Positions 1 through 14,981 of a stretch of 64,000 nt of DNA are shown in pieces; within the stretch, counting starts at the first letter, position 1, and each line of letters opens with the position of its first letter. This stretch comes from Octopus sinensis (Eukaryota). Made by a program: the position numbers and the translations under genes. Location: assembly GCF_006345805.1 (NCBI RefSeq), contig NC_043015.1, positions 53,506,001-53,570,000 on the forward strand. The letters are read 5' to 3'. The notes below the pieces were generated by a model that worked only from the letters and a program-made list of their open reading frames with translations, had not been told where the DNA came from and did no database searches.

Positions 1-1516
1 ATAGATAAATAGGTAGATAGATAGATTGATAGATAGTTGGATAGAGAGACGTACATACATAAATACGAGATACAGAGAAAGTAAGATAGAGAGGTTGGTA
101 GGTAGGTCGATAGATCAGAATTTGAGAATAGCTTTCATATATATATGTTTGTGTGTGTCTGTGTGTGTGCGTATATATGCTTGTGTGTGTGTGCGTGTAT
201 GAGTGTGTGCGCGCGTAAGTTTATACTGACATATATAGTTACATATATACATCGTTTATACACCGACGCACACATACACACACACAACAACAAACACACA
301 GAAACCACCACACACGAGTGTAGCTTGAAATTATATATGAAATAGTATATAGAATTTTAAATGTATATTAATTGAATAAGATAGGTATTTAACATGCTTT
401 TAGGCATTGAATTTCAAGATATGACGCTTGCATATATGTGTGTGCGCGGAGCGTTTTTGTACATCATTATATGATTTGTTTATGAAATTCTATATATATA
501 TGGTTTTGAACTGGATATGCAAATAGTAAATATATTCATCACCATATATGCATATATAGTGTGCATCTGTACCCATATTTACATTAATGTATATATATAT
601 ATTTATGAATATACATATATATGCAATCATTTATGTATATATTTATGATATATATGTATACATTTATATATATATACGTATACATATATATATATATGTA
701 TATATATATGTATATATATATATATATATGTATATATTAGTAATATATATATATCTTACTATTTATAGTGACACATAAGCACTCGCAGTTGTTCATATCG
801 ATGGATAGATAGAGGGATAGATAAATAGGTAGATAGATAGATTGATAGATAGTTGGATAGAGAGACGTACATACATAAATACAGAGATACAGAGAAAGTA
901 AGATAGAGAGGTTGGTAGGTAGGTCGATAGATCAGAATTTGAGAATAGCTTTCATATATATATGTGTGTGTGTGTCTGTGTGTGTGCGTATATATGCTTG
1001 TGTGTGTGTGCGTGTATGAGTGTGTGCGCGCGTAAGTTTATACTGACATATATAGTTACATATATACATCGTTATACACCGACGCACACATACACACACA
1101 CACAAACAAACACACAGAAACCACACACACACGAGTGTAGCTTGAAATTATATATGAAATAGTATATAGAATTTTAAATGTATATTAATTGAATAAGATA
1201 GGTATTTAAACATGCTTTTAGGCATTGAATTTCAAGATATGACGCTTGCATATATGTGTGTGCGCGGAGCGTTTTTGTACATCATATATATGATTTGTTT
1301 ATGAAATTCTATATATATATGGTTTTGAACTGGATATGCAAATAGTAAATATATTCATCACCATATATGCATATATATGTGTGCATCTGTACCCATATTT
1401 ACATTAATGTATATATATATATTTATGAATATACATATATATGCAATCATTTATGTATATATTTATGGATATATATGTATACATTTATATATATATACGT
1501 ATACATATATATATAT

Positions 1517-1551
<35 letters not shown>

Positions 1552-1606
1552 CGTATACATATATATACGTATACATATTAGACACACACATATATATATA
1601 TATATG

Positions 1607-1639
<33 letters not shown>

Positions 1640-1640
1640 C
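1..1640. repeat. Tandem near-identical duplication, period ~816 bp (copy 1 from <=1, copy 2 from 817)
   Basis: atagataaataggtagatag...gagagacgtacatac at 1 and 817; unique segments (e.g. gaattttgagaatagctttc, gcgcggagcgtttttgtacatc) recur with only small indels and few substitutions. Confidence 0.9.
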
Positions 1641-2025
1641 ACACTCATATTGTATAACTTATTGTACGCGTGTGGTTTTTATGTAAATAAACCGAGGCAT
1701 TATATATATTTGTTGATGAAATTGTTTAAGTGTTTTCGCTGTACGACAAACCGGGTTGAACAATAACTCCGGAAACAGATGATTCCCTATTCACGTTGCG
1801 GAAAGAATAGGGCATGTTGCTTCCATTAAAACATACTCCTCTCACGTAGACAAATTCTCTATGCATAAACAATGAAACAATGGTATCTTTTGGCGCCACT
1901 CTGCGTCTCGGAAACACCTCTGAGGCACTATAAAAATGTGTAAACTGCTGCATCCAGTAGATGAGCGCCAAAAACAGAGGCACATAAAGATATATAGAAA
2001 TAGTAATGTTATTAGAAACGCGGGT

Positions 2026-2067
2026 GATAACAATAATAATAATAACAACAACAACAACAACAACAAC

Positions 2068-2111
<44 letters not shown>

Positions 2112-2152
2112 TAATAATGGCAACAACAAAAACAATAATAATAACAACAAGG

Positions 2153-2186
<34 letters not shown>

Positions 2187-2371
2187 CAACAACAATAATA
2201 TCACCATGATCAACAAAATCAACAGAAATAATGATAACAACAACAACAAGAACGATAAGAGATTTCTTTTCTTTGCCACCAGGGTGAATGAGGAGAGGGA
2301 CAATACAAAGACTAATAGAAAGCGTAGGGTTTACATACAATGAAATGATAAAATAAATACATGAATGAATA

Positions 2372-2447
<76 letters not shown>

Positions 2448-2567
2448 TTAATAATAACAATGATTTGTTTTATTGGCCACAAGCGCCAAAGACACTGTGG
2501 ACAATATCAAAGGACGTTATAAAATTTTGTCATAATATTAAGAAAATGAATACGAATATTATCATCG

Positions 2568-2603
<36 letters not shown>

Positions 2604-2611
2604 TATTATTA

Positions 2612-2660
<49 letters not shown>

Positions 2661-2661
2661 C

Positions 2662-2720
<59 letters not shown>

Positions 2721-2724
2721 TTTT
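2026..2724. repeat. (AAT)n/(AAC)n/(TAT)n trinucleotide microsatellite cluster
   Basis: Direct reading; explains the poly-N/I/L ORFs. Confidence 0.95.
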
Positions 2725-2725
2725 A

Positions 2726-3126
2726 TTGAGTGAGAGAGCAATGCATGCCATCAAAGCGACACTGGGGTAAAATATACGAAACCCAGTATACCCATCATGA
2801 CTACCCGTCTGATAAGGGTATACCAGGCACATGCATCACAACCATGTGTACATGACATGGTGATCCCATATCAAGATTAACAGCATATGGCTTTGCTGGT
2901 GAGTAGGCCACCCCGCTCAAAAGATCACTGAATAAGGGTTGTTTAAGGATATTGAACAAAACGCCCATGTTTCCAAAGGTGAATTATCCAAACCCCAGTA
3001 ATACCCCTGAACACATGGCTAAGATGCTCCCTAACTACTTCTGCTCGTGATCGGAGGTGCACATATCGTCATCCACTAAGGGACATGCTCAACTGGTTAA
3101 TGTCAAGCAAATGACAAGGCAAATCG
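2726..3126 (+). mobile_element. 3'-truncated copy of a non-autonomous retroposon (same family as 41287-41826)
   Basis: Reverse-complement match to ~41405-41826; starts directly after (TAT)n. Confidence 0.75.
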
Positions 3127-3490
3127 GGCATTTTTGATCTTCTTCTTCTGCTTCTTCTCTTCTTCTTATTTTCTTCTTGTTCTTCTTGCTTCTTCTTCTC
3201 TCTTCTTCTTCTTCTTTCTTCTTCTTTTCTTCTTCTTCTTCTTCTTCTTCTTTTCTTCTTCTCTCTTTTCTTCTTTCTTTCCTTCTTTCTTTTCTTCTTC
3301 TTTTCTTTTCTTCTTTGTTCTTCTTATTCTTATTTTTTGTTTTTTTCTTTCTTCTTAATTATTATTATTATTATCATATTATTATTATTATTATTATTAT
3401 CATTATTATGAGTATTATTATATTATCGTCATCATCATCATCATATTTATTATATCTATTATGTATGAGTGTAACAACAACAACAGCAGC

Positions 3491-3599
<109 letters not shown>

Positions 3600-3817
3600 T
3601 AATAATAATAATAATAATAATATAATAAAAATTATAATGATAAGTCAGTGAAAAGGCATATATACTACACAAGTACAACGAAAGTCTGCAGAATGCGTAG
3701 GAAGAGGTTCGAAAGCGTGACTCACTATATATACATAGTAAGGTAATACACCAGGAGTGCCTAGGGATACATCTATCACTCAGATGCTTGCATAACTTCT
3801 ATCTTATATTTTGCTTC

Positions 3818-3885
<68 letters not shown>

Positions 3886-4113
3886 GATAGATAGATAGAT
3901 AGATAGATAGTAGATACGTACGTACGTAGGTGATTTTACAGATATATCAGCTGATATGCAGAGAAATATGTTAAAAGGCATGCAAGTAGGTAGAGAGCTC
4001 AGCTGATTGAAATGAAAATGAATGAAAATAATCTCAATTAATAAATCACTTTAACTGAGCCTTGGTAGTTTTCGGACAGCGACGAGCGTAATTTTTTTGT
4101 TTTGTTTAGTATA

Positions 4114-4370
4114 CACTGGCGAAAATAAATTTAAGACCGATGATAAAAGTTCTATTTCTTACAAAATATTTTGGTCCTAACACCATACAAATTAATGTTA
4201 TATTTTACACCTTATGCAGAATTTATTTGTCTTTCGAATGATGCAGACAATAACTATTTTTAGATAAAAATGAAATTTTAAGATAAAAATAATTTGTATG
4301 GTGTTAATAACAAAATATTTTGTAAGAAATAGAACTTTTATCGTCGGTCTTAAATTTATTTTCGCCAGTG
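4114..4370. mobile_element. Tc1/mariner-type MITE with ~80 bp TIRs and TA target duplication
   Basis: TA|CACTGGCGAAAATAAATTTAAGACCGA... and ...TCGGTCTTAAATTTATTTTCGCCAGTG|TA; arms 4111-4194 and 4290-4373. Confidence 0.85.
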
Positions 4371-6103
4371 TATCTCTACGAATAATTTACATCGTTTTAA
4401 TTCACCTTTCAATTCCTTAAAGTATACAGCACATCATATTTATTAGGCATATTAAAGGAAGGACAATAAGCAATAACTTCTAAGTTCGTTTCGATTGTGT
4501 TTCAAAGTCCAGTTTTGATTAAATAGCAGGATGTGAAATGAATTTTCAGAAATTACTTCCTTGTGTTTAATAAAATAACATAAATGACTTCCAATATGCA
4601 AACTTACTCTGTGAAATTTTCACAGGTCCTGCTAGTTGCGAAAAATTATTTTAACAAACCGTTATTTTCGACGTTCAATTTTGCTATAAATGTTTCCCAA
4701 GTGGCGTTTATATATTTCTTTAATAAATATATCTATGCATGCCTGAAATTTTATGTCCTTCTGTAAAAGGAGGAAATAAATATTTGCAGCAAAAATAAAA
4801 AAAAATTAAAAAATCAATATAATTCTTACATTTCCTTTAAGGATATTGATGTACGTAACATAAAGTCACAACATACTGCTACTATAACATATCACACACA
4901 ATTTGATATGAAAGTTGATGACAAAAGATTTCGATAAATTCTAATTGTCACGATAAGGGGAAGAGCGTAATAGAAATATAACCCTACTTACAAATTTGCA
5001 AAACACACACGCATGCACACACACACACACACACGCACCTACATATATACACGTATATAAATATGTATGTATGTATGTATATATACATATTTTAATATCT
5101 TATAGCTATACCCATACGCACGTATGTCTCTGTGTGTGTATGTATGTGTATATGTGCACGCACATACGGACACACAGCCGTGTGTGCGTGCACGTATAGA
5201 CATGAGTGCGTGTTTCTTTACATACGTTCTTATACACATCCTTTAATATCTTATATCCAGACCTGGAAGCGTAGGCATATGCGTGTGTGTATGTAGGGAT
5301 GGGCGCGCGTATGTGCATGTGAGTGTGAACACGTATAGTGTCCGTGTATACATGCGGATATTCTGTTGTATGTATGTATGTGTACGCGCGTGCGTGTGGG
5401 TGTGTGTGTGTTTATGCACATGTTTACACGCGAGTGCGTGTGTATGCTTATAGACTTGGAGGCGTATATGTACGCGTGTATATGGGTGTATGTATCCATG
5501 ACGGTATGTATGTACTAGAAGTCCAATTAATTCAAGGAACCAGATTAAACGCTCAACAGCTCTGATTTACAACACATTAGGTCCCCAGACGAAACTGTTG
5601 ATTTACTGACAATTCTACAACTAAATTTTATCAATCTCCTGACCACCATGCTTGGTCCGTAACCTCTATACATCCCTTATCTTTTTTTTATTTTTATCAT
5701 GTTTTTTCTTTATTTTCTATTTCTATTTTACTTTATAACCTTATGCCTTACATTTATTTATATTTCTTATATTTCTGTATATTCTTTATACCCCCTTTAC
5801 ATCTCCTTATATCTCTTTATCTTTATGCTCTACATTTTTATATTTTTCTATACTTACACTTTTTATACATTTTTTATCCCTCGTCCTGAATTCTCGCCCC
5901 CTCCATCTTCACGTCTATATATGTATTTATTTATTTACATACTTCTTCAACATCCAATTTTCCTCATTCTACATTGAGAGAAGAAAGATATGGACGCTTC
6001 ATTCTATGCTGCTGCCGCATTATGTCGTACGCGAATGAGAGGATTTGCATCCCCAACCAAGAATTTTTTGTATGTAACACATGTCCTTGTGGAGCTGTTG
6101 TGC

Positions 6104-6181
6104 GCGGCTGAAGAAGGCCACAGACATACATTATGCATTGTTATAAATCTGTCTAATAAAGGCCCGAAACATATGTACCGC
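6104..6181 (+). ncRNA. Type I hammerhead ribozyme motif (PLE pLTR-like)
   Basis: Stem I GCGG/CCGC; core CTGAAGA (6108); stem II A-GGCC...AGACA/TGTCT...GGCC-C; GAAA (6166); palindromic stem III ACATATGT; GUA cleavage triplet. Confidence 0.75.
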
Positions 6182-6387
6182 TGAATCCTTCGCATCATGT
6201 TTTTATTTTGATCAATTATATATATATCTAATATATATAATATATTATATATACATACATATATATATATATATATATAATATATATAATATATATATAT
6301 ATATATATAATATAATATATATATAACATACATACATATATACATGCATATGTATGTATATAATTATGTGTGTGTACATGAATATGA

Positions 6388-6425
<38 letters not shown>

Positions 6426-6984
6426 AGCATATATATATATATTTATTTATTTATATATATAATACATATATATATATATATATTTAAATTTGACTTCATA
6501 TGTATATAGAAAGTAGTAACATCGTCCAGGACAGCCAGTTTACGTTGGAAAATAGATTTTACTCTGTAGTACTCTTTCTATCACTCGCTCAGACATTTAA
6601 ACTGTTTCCCCCTTTTATATACACACACACACACATACACACCCACACACACACATATATATACAGGGTTTAAGTTTCTAACGCTGTTGACACGGTCAGA
6701 GTGAATGCCACTGCTCAAGTGAGGAAACCATAAAGATATCAGGCAGCTGATGATGGAGATATGCATTTGACATGCTGTTTGTCTTTGCATCTTTTAAACC
6801 TTGTTGCTTAATTGCTTGAAGTGGTTCTTCATAATTGTCGGATTGAACATGTTAATGGTTTCTTGGTTTCTTGGCTAATGGCAATTTTGTTGTGTATTTT
6901 TTCAAGCAAGGATATTTCCGGGTTTTTTCCCTTTATTGGGACTCTAATGTCGACTCGGTTCATTTCTGTTTATCGCTTTGTTGC

Positions 6985-7180
6985 TTAAGCAGTAATTTCG
7001 GGGGAGGTGGTAAATCTCTTTACAACGACCGCAGTGATCAAGTGATACTTATTTCATCAACTCGAAAGAGATGAAAGGTAAAGCGGACTTCGTTGGAATT
7101 TGAACTCAGAACGTTGAGGCTGACAGAACGCTGCTAAGCATTTTTTCATGCACGGTCACAATCCGTCCAGCTCTCCGCCT
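6985..7180 (-). mobile_element. SINE, family C (same as 32757-32970), degenerate
   Basis: Reverse complement begins GGCGGAGAGCTGG..., has B-box-like GTTCTGAGTTCAAATTCC and matches 32757-32970. Confidence 0.65.
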
Positions 7181-7488
7181 TATATATGCTAACTATCTAA
7201 CATATGAATATATGGTTATATACCCATTCACACCCATACACACATGCATATACATGTGTGTGTATGTATGAATGTATGTCTGTATAAGTACGTATGTATA
7301 GGCTTATACATACATATATATGCATATACATATGTACATATATGCATATCTATCTATCTATATATAGATATAATTATATATATATAATATATATGCATAT
7401 ACATATGCATAAATTCATATACATACAAACATTATACATATATATATGTATATATATATATATATGCACACACACACACACACACATC

Positions 7489-7521
<33 letters not shown>

Positions 7522-8243
7522 TATATATAATATATTATATATATATAGATAGATACATAGATGTATATGTATATATGTATTTATATATATATATATATAT
7601 ATGTGTTGTATATATGTATGCATGTATGTAGTGCATATTGCATATTTTCACGCATACATATTTTTAAATATATGTATAATTTGTGTGTAGTGCTTGTGTG
7701 TGTGCGGGCTGTGGTTTCTGAGGGTGGCGTAGCAGGAAGTCTATAACGTAGTTTCGGTAGATAAATCTGGTATGTGAATTGAGTAGACAAACAGATGAGA
7801 AGAGAAAGAAAGAGAGAGAGAGAGAGAGAGGGGGGAGAGAGAGAGGGGGAGTGAGAGATTCCGTTGGCGTTGTATATTGTATATGTTGTGAGCCAGCCAA
7901 ATTTGTTTGTTGAGAACATTCTGGAATCATACATATTTCTTTGCCGCATAATACACTATGTTGTCAAAATCGTACATTGCTCTTCACGAAATATCTACGT
8001 ATTTTCTAATACTAAATCGGAAATTAGGTTGACAAAACAATTTAATTAAATGTGACTACTTCCGGTTTATGTAATTACTTATTGTTTACTGTCACTATCG
8101 ATTACAATTAAAGTTCTTTTGCTTTCTTCCATTGGTCCGCGTCCTTGCTTTTGTTGCCATTTTTGGTTAGTTAGCGGTGCTGATCACACAGGATTATCAT
8201 CGAAGGCAGTCCACCTATCTTCCACCTTTCTAAATTCGGTGAA

Positions 8244-8463
8244 TTTACTTTACTTTTTACTCGTTAATGATTCAGTCATGTGACTGCGGCCATGCTGGGG
8301 CACAGTCTTGGGGAATGTTTAGTACAGTACTTGGCATTTTCTTTCTTTTGCAGTATGATACATTTTCTATCGGTCTCTTTTGCCGGGGACGTAAACATAC
8401 AAGCACCGGTTGTCAAGCGAAATTGGGGTATAAACACAAGGGAACATACACACACACACACAT

Positions 8464-8530
<67 letters not shown>

Positions 8531-8675
8531 CACTTCCTTCAGTTTCCGTCTATCGAACCCACTCACTAGTCCGAGGTTATAGTAGAAGACACTTTTCCAA
8601 GGTGCCAGGCAGTGGAACTGAACCAAGAACCATGTGGCTGGGAAGCAATCTTCTTAACACACAGCCGCACCTGCT
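8244..8675 (-). mobile_element. tRNA-derived SINE, family A (internal microsatellite, AGTAAA-type tail)
   Basis: Matches 11729-12144 (ttcagtcat..gactgcggccatgctgg; tttccgtcta..; ggaactgaacc..gaaccatgtgg). Confidence 0.8.
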
Positions 8676-9780
8676 CTTACAATATCAGTTATCAATTTTA
8701 TAATAAATCATTTTAAGGGTTAACCACCAACAGCACACAACTATGGATGATTATATTCGATCCCGCTTTTAGAGCACCGGACTCCTCTCTTTATTCCAGC
8801 GTTTATGAATGAAAATTCTCGAATGCTACGATCTATGTTTATGCGTTTCTGCACCAAGCACCTATATGAAAGGATACCTCAAGGATCAGCAGGCTCGAGT
8901 TGATCTTAACAGCGAAAGATTACTTACGTAACGAAAAACTGTGTTGCATAACTTGATCAGATGCTTCCGCATCGTGAAATGCACCGCAGTTCGTTGTATA
9001 ATTTCTTACCCGTGAGGGAGCGATGCAGGATGTGTCCAATCGATCGTTGTGATAAATAAAATTTCTAGTATATTCTATTTTCAGTATCCATTGTTTCTAC
9101 TAAACGTACATTAAGCAACATTAAGAAAAAGCGACCTGCTGGCAAGATCGTAAGCATGAAGGACAAAATGCTTAGTAGCATATCGTCCGTCTTTGAGATG
9201 TGTACGACTGGAGTTCTGTGGCCAGGATAACCGATTACTCACTAACTGCCAAATTTCAGTCCTTGTGACTATTGTTGAAAGATTTATATAATAAAAATAA
9301 AAATTAATATTTATATATATACACTTTTTCGTCTGTAGACGTGTATGATTTTGGCTGCAGTTCTTGATATGATAGATGTAGAGCAGAGAATGGGGACGTC
9401 ATCATAAGTAAATAGCGAGATATGATAAAGCAAGAGCACATAGCCACACCATGACGCACATAGAGAGCAGCACATATGGAGAAGCACACTCACACACATT
9501 CACATACACACACACATTCACACACACACACACTCATATGCACACACACACACACACACACTCATACACACGCGCGAGCGGATGCACACATACAAGTATG
9601 TATTTCCTGTTCCGTTTTTCTCAACGAATCAACAGACACACTAACTTAAATCACGCATATGCAAGCATCCAGAGGCACACGTGTTATCAAGTAAGAAAAA
9701 GAGAGTGATGAACAGATAGAGGGATGGATAGACAAATAGAATTATAGATAAATAAAAAAAAAATAGATATATAGATAGAC

Positions 9781-10180
9781 AGCCTCGGTCTCTATTTGAT
9801 CCACGACTGTAGTTCGGCCAAGGAGACGAGCTGCGGAAAAGCGCACCTAACGAACGGCAACCACACCTATGAAGTACCCGAGATGTCGCAGTCAAAGCGC
9901 ATGTCTGTGCATCATCAACCACGGCATGCTTAGCCCTCCATTTAGCGGGTCGTGACAGCAAATGGATCGCCTAACCATCGGAACACTTCCCTTCCACAAG
10001 AAGCGGAAGAATATGCGTTCCAGTTTCTTAATAGTAGGGTCGGGACAAGGCACGACGGTCCGACGGCAATCGATGAACGTGTTCACCACCTACACCCGAC
10101 CTTTTAGAGATAGCTTCCTCTCCTCCAATTTCTGGGTGAGAGTAGCCACCCTACTCATAATCTCGTCCCAGTTAGACATA
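9781..10180 (-). mobile_element. Tx1/L1-like LINE ORF2 fragment (region C-terminal to the RT core)
   Basis: Translation ...RKLSLKGR...VVNTFI...KLERIFFRFLWKG...GGL, typical L1/Tx1 post-RT motifs; flanked by (GATA)n. Confidence 0.8.
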
Positions 10181-10257
10181 GGTAAATAAATTTGTAAATA
10201 AATAAATAACTAAATAGATCGATATATAAATTGATAGACAGACAGACAGACAGACAT

Positions 10258-10333
<76 letters not shown>

Positions 10334-10372
10334 AAAGATAGATAGTTAGATGGGAAGATAAATATATATATT

Positions 10373-10436
<64 letters not shown>

Positions 10437-10444
10437 CATGGAAA

Positions 10445-10499
<55 letters not shown>

Positions 10500-11048
10500 C
10501 GGATAAAGTGAGAAAGCTAGGAGGTACAAACGGAAAAAGGAAGGGGAGAGCAAAATTAGCAGAAAACCAGAAGAACGAGGGAGACAAACGATATGAGAAT
10601 ATTTGAAAATGTTGGGGCAATTTACTCATCTTTTGTTCCTGGAAGTATTTTAGAAAAAAATTCCTGAACTATATTAGTAAATGTAATTTTATTGTGTGGC
10701 ATTTACGAACTTTTGTGGAATTCTAAAGCAATGGAATTCCTGAAGTTATACGTCGAGTGGTAACAACGAGAAGGCGCGTTAATTTATGGTAAACAGCGAG
10801 CAAAAATACTCGACTGGAATTAATCGATGCATGTTAAATGATTGGATGATTCATAAATTTATCCTAAAGAACTGTCCAATTCTTTAGCTACGAAGGTTAG
10901 TAAATTCAGTGTGCGTACAACTTATGCACTTAAATGCATATACGCAACTACACCCGAACACCCGCACACACGCACAGTCGCAAACACGCACACACACTTA
11001 CAATTATATATATATATATACATTTATACACGTTCATACATACCTACA

Positions 11049-11098
<50 letters not shown>

Positions 11099-11412
11099 GT
11101 GTGTGTGTTGTGTGTGTGTGTATACCTAAATATACACACATACATACACACATATATATGGTATATACAGACCACCTCCCAACACCAACCACAGTCAATT
11201 ACCCTTAGTTGATCATTCCTTACTTTCCTTCAGCTATCATTCATCAACAATCTTTCACTCCCACACTGATTACCAAATCCCAACCTCCACCCCAAACCCA
11301 CCCAGATCCTATATATAGAATCACAAAACTCCACATCCTCAGATCTGTTTGACAACGAATGCAAGAAAGTTCTCCAAAGTAAAATTAAAAAAAGAAAATT
11401 CTCCACGCTCAA

Positions 11413-11502
11413 GTTTTAATGATATAAATTTTAGTTCATAGATCTAGTAAGTTCTTTGTGAACTTACGAGATCTATGAATTAAAATTTATATTAATTAAA
11501 AC
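11413..11502. repeat. Near-perfect ~42 bp-arm hairpin with a 5-nt loop (TTTGT)
   Basis: ATATAAATTTTAGTTCATAGATCTAGTAAGTTC-tttgt-GAACTTACGAGATCTATGAATTAAAATTTATAT. Confidence 0.9.
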
Positions 11503-11696
11503 ATTAAGAAATAAATTAAACTGATTAGAAATCCAGTGAAGTCATTCTTTTTCTTTTTTCAAATATATATATATATATATATCAACAATTGAGGGTAAAA
11601 TTAATTAATTAATCAATTTCACCAAGTGTTCAGTATGTAAAAAGACCATTTAAGGCGAATTCAAAATATTACATTATATAATTATATAATTATATA

Positions 11697-11728
<32 letters not shown>

Positions 11729-11729
<1 letters not shown>

Positions 11730-12142
11730 CTCTTTACTCTTTACTCTTTTACTTGTTTCAGTCATTTGACTGCGGCCATGCTGGAGCACTGCCTTAAGTC
11801 GAGCAAATCGACCCGGGACTTATTCTTTGTAAGCCCAGTACTTATTCTATCGGTCTCTTTTTTTTTGCCGAACCGCTAAGTAACGGGGACGTAAACACAC
11901 TAGCATCGGTTGTCAAGCAATGCTAGGGGGACAAACACAGACACACAAACAGACACACATATATATATATACATATATACGATAGGCTTCTTTCAGTTTC
12001 CGTCTACCAAATCCACTCACAAGGCATTGGTCGGCCCGGGGCTATAGCAGAAGACACTCGCCCAAGATGCCACGCAGTGGGACTGAACCCGGAACCATGT
12101 TTTTGTTGGTTAGCAAGCTCTTACCCACCAGCCACTCCTGCG

Positions 12143-12144
<2 letters not shown>
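11729..12144 (-). mobile_element. Full-length tRNA-derived SINE, family A
   Basis: Minus strand: GGCGCAGGAGTGGCTGGTGGG (A-box-like)...GGTTCCGGGTTCAGTCCC (B-box-like), internal (TA)/(TG) repeat, tail (AGTAAAAG)n; about 10 related copies in the window. Confidence 0.85.
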
Positions 12145-12213
<69 letters not shown>

Positions 12214-12240
12214 ATATACATATATATATATTATATATAT

Positions 12241-12272
<32 letters not shown>

Positions 12273-12401
12273 CATATATACATACATGCATAGATCTATA
12301 TAAGTGTCGGTGTATATTTATATATATATATATCCATAAATATGTACGTGTATGTAAATATATATGTATAGATAGATACACATGTATCTATCTATTTATG
12401 A

Positions 12402-12508
<107 letters not shown>

Positions 12509-13400
12509 CATCTCAGAGATCCCTGGCCTGGCGGTGCTACCGAGAAGCGCTACCCGTTCGGGATAAGCTCTTTAGGCATGGCTCGAGAAACACGGGGCCG
12601 ATCTGCCCGAGATGCGGGCAGAGCGACGAAACCGCTCTGCACGCAATCGTGCAGTATCCAACAATCTCCGATCTGTGGGCTTATGTCGAACGACTGCTGT
12701 CACGTGTGGGACGTGTCGGTTTATCAGCCGAGTCTATCGTTAATATCGTCACACCTCCTTCCTTCAAACGGGAAGGAAGAGCTATTTTATCATACTTGTG
12801 GCTATGGCGAAAGAATGTATCTGGTGGACGCGCCTGAAAGGATTAGAGACAACACATTTCTTTCCTCTCTGGTCAATCTCTCATCAACTTCTTCAAGTAT
12901 CACTTGAAGAGGAAAGTGAGAGTAGAGAGGCAAGTTTTGTCTAGTGAATGTTTTAAAAACAGATGGGTGAATGTAGCAAGGATGGCACGTATGAATGACG
13001 AAGCCACCTTGACTATGATTCTATGAACCGTAAAAATTAATACAGAGAGTTGCTTATTTACAAAAAAAAAAAAGAAATATAACATGTGACTTCATTGACC
13101 GATGTTACCGTGGTCTTTTCCGTAGGCCTTTCTTTCCACGGGTAAACCTCACCTGTCCTCCCCTTTACACTTCATATTGACATTTCTGTGATAACGATCC
13201 CTATTGATCAATTTTTTTTCCTTTCCCTACCCCCACTTTTAAAAAAAATTTTATCCGCCCCCTTTTTTTGTCCTCTTTCTTTCCTTTTACGATCCCTTTT
13301 GATCGAAAAACAAAACCCCCTTTTTTTTACCCCCCTAAAAGAAAAGCTCTACCTTGTGATTTGTCATGTCTGCGTGCAGCCCTGTGTGGCTAATAAAGAA
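12509..13400 (+). mobile_element. Tx1/L1-like LINE 3' end (zinc knuckle, 3'UTR, AATAAA)
   Basis: [19 protein letters not shown]...[18 protein letters not shown] (zf-RVT-like CCHC with the last C mutated); AATAAA at 13392; (TATC)n upstream and TATCTGTC downstream. Confidence 0.85.
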
Positions 13401-13479
13401 ACATATCTGTCTGTCTGTCTCTCTATTGTCTGTTTGTCTGTCTTTGCGTTCGCGCTTGTGTGTGTCTGTATTTGTGAAA

Positions 13480-14085
13480 GAGCATGGCATAGTGTTTTGG
13501 GTATTCGGATAACGATCATAAGGTTTTGTATTCGATTCCTAATGGTGCGTTGTGTCCTTGAGCAAGACTTTATTTCACATTACCCCAGACTATTCGGCTG
13601 GTGATACCGAGTTGTCCGTGTAGTTCAAATTGCCAGTCTTTTCACACTTTCTGTCATGCTGAATTCTCGCCCCCAAACAACAGCGTCGAGAATACGCCGG
13701 TCTGTGAGGTGTTCAGTAGGGTGGAGTGAAACTTAAAATTTGTAATGTTGAAAATGTCTGAGATCTAAAATGTTGCTATGTTTGATTACTAAAAAATATC
13801 CAAATTTTTGTTGAGATCAATCAAAACACTTTACTCCCTCAAGCGCCCTAAATTCCGAAAATGGGGGATTTTTGTAAATATTTTGCAATAGCTGAGTTTG
13901 CGGTGGGGTTGAGAGAATAAGTGCCTTTGACTGATCTAAGCAAAAATTTAGCATTTTTCTAGTAACAATATATAGCAAGTTTTTAGGCCTCAGGAATTTT
14001 CAATATCCACAATTTCACTAGCAGGCTGTTCTGCTGATCGAATCACTGTATACCTCGTCGTCGTAACCGACCGAATGCCACTGAA
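13480..14085 (+). mobile_element. Degenerate tRNA-derived SINE, family B, interrupted by a ~290 bp insertion (~13718-14010)
   Basis: tRNA-like head, central GTCCTTGAGCAAGACTTTATTTCAC domain and 3' CTCGTCGTCGTAACCGAC shared with 18539-18830 and 56113-56260. Confidence 0.65.
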
Positions 14086-14478
14086 AAATGTGTGTATATA
14101 TATGTATCCAATATACTGCTAGTGAAGTACCCAACAAAGTTAATACATAAATGTTAATGATTGCGATGCAATCAATTCCTTTACTGTATTATAGGGGCAA
14201 AGGTAAAATGATTTACCACAAATTACTAATACAAGATAAGAAAATGGAGAAATACATCTAAATCAAATATCAAAGTCGAAAAACTGAGACATTATGTGTG
14301 GAACACATATATATGTTTACTAATTTATATTATTTATTTATATCATTATGTAAATGTATATTTTTTTATATGTATAGGAGTGTGAGTATATGCACTCATA
14401 TGTATATATATATGTGTATTGTGGGTACGCACCCACACCCACCTGTGGTATATGTGTAGACTGTGTTTACATTACATC

Positions 14479-14605
14479 ATCTCCGAAGAGGCCTTGTGAT
14501 ATTTTTTGTTAATGTCTCATTTTATCTATATATTGACCACCGTAAAGGGCTAATATTGGTAAAATGAGACTAACTATCTACTACATGCCGAACCAGCTGT
14601 AAGAT
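14479..14605 (+). ncRNA. Degenerate type I hammerhead motif with long stem II
   Basis: ATCT-CCGAAGA-GGC...(GTCTCATTTTATC/GGTAAAATGAGAC)...GCC-GAAC-CAGCTG-TA-AGAT; two core deviations. Confidence 0.6.
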
Positions 14606-14872
14606 CTAATTTATACTTATATTTATATTTACTTGTATTATATTCTTTTTTATATATATTTAATTATTATACAACATTACTCTTTTAGTACACTTTTTTT
14701 ATGTACACTCCTTTATGTACACTGATTATTGTTCTGCTGTTTTTATATTTAACCCTATATCTCTTATGTGGTGTTTAAAGATATGTAATTAAGTATTATC
14801 TGGTAATTGATATTTGATTTAGATGTATTTCTCCATTTTCTTATCTTGTATAATATAATATATATATATATA

Positions 14873-14927
<55 letters not shown>

Positions 14928-14929
14928 TA

Positions 14930-14981
<52 letters not shown>

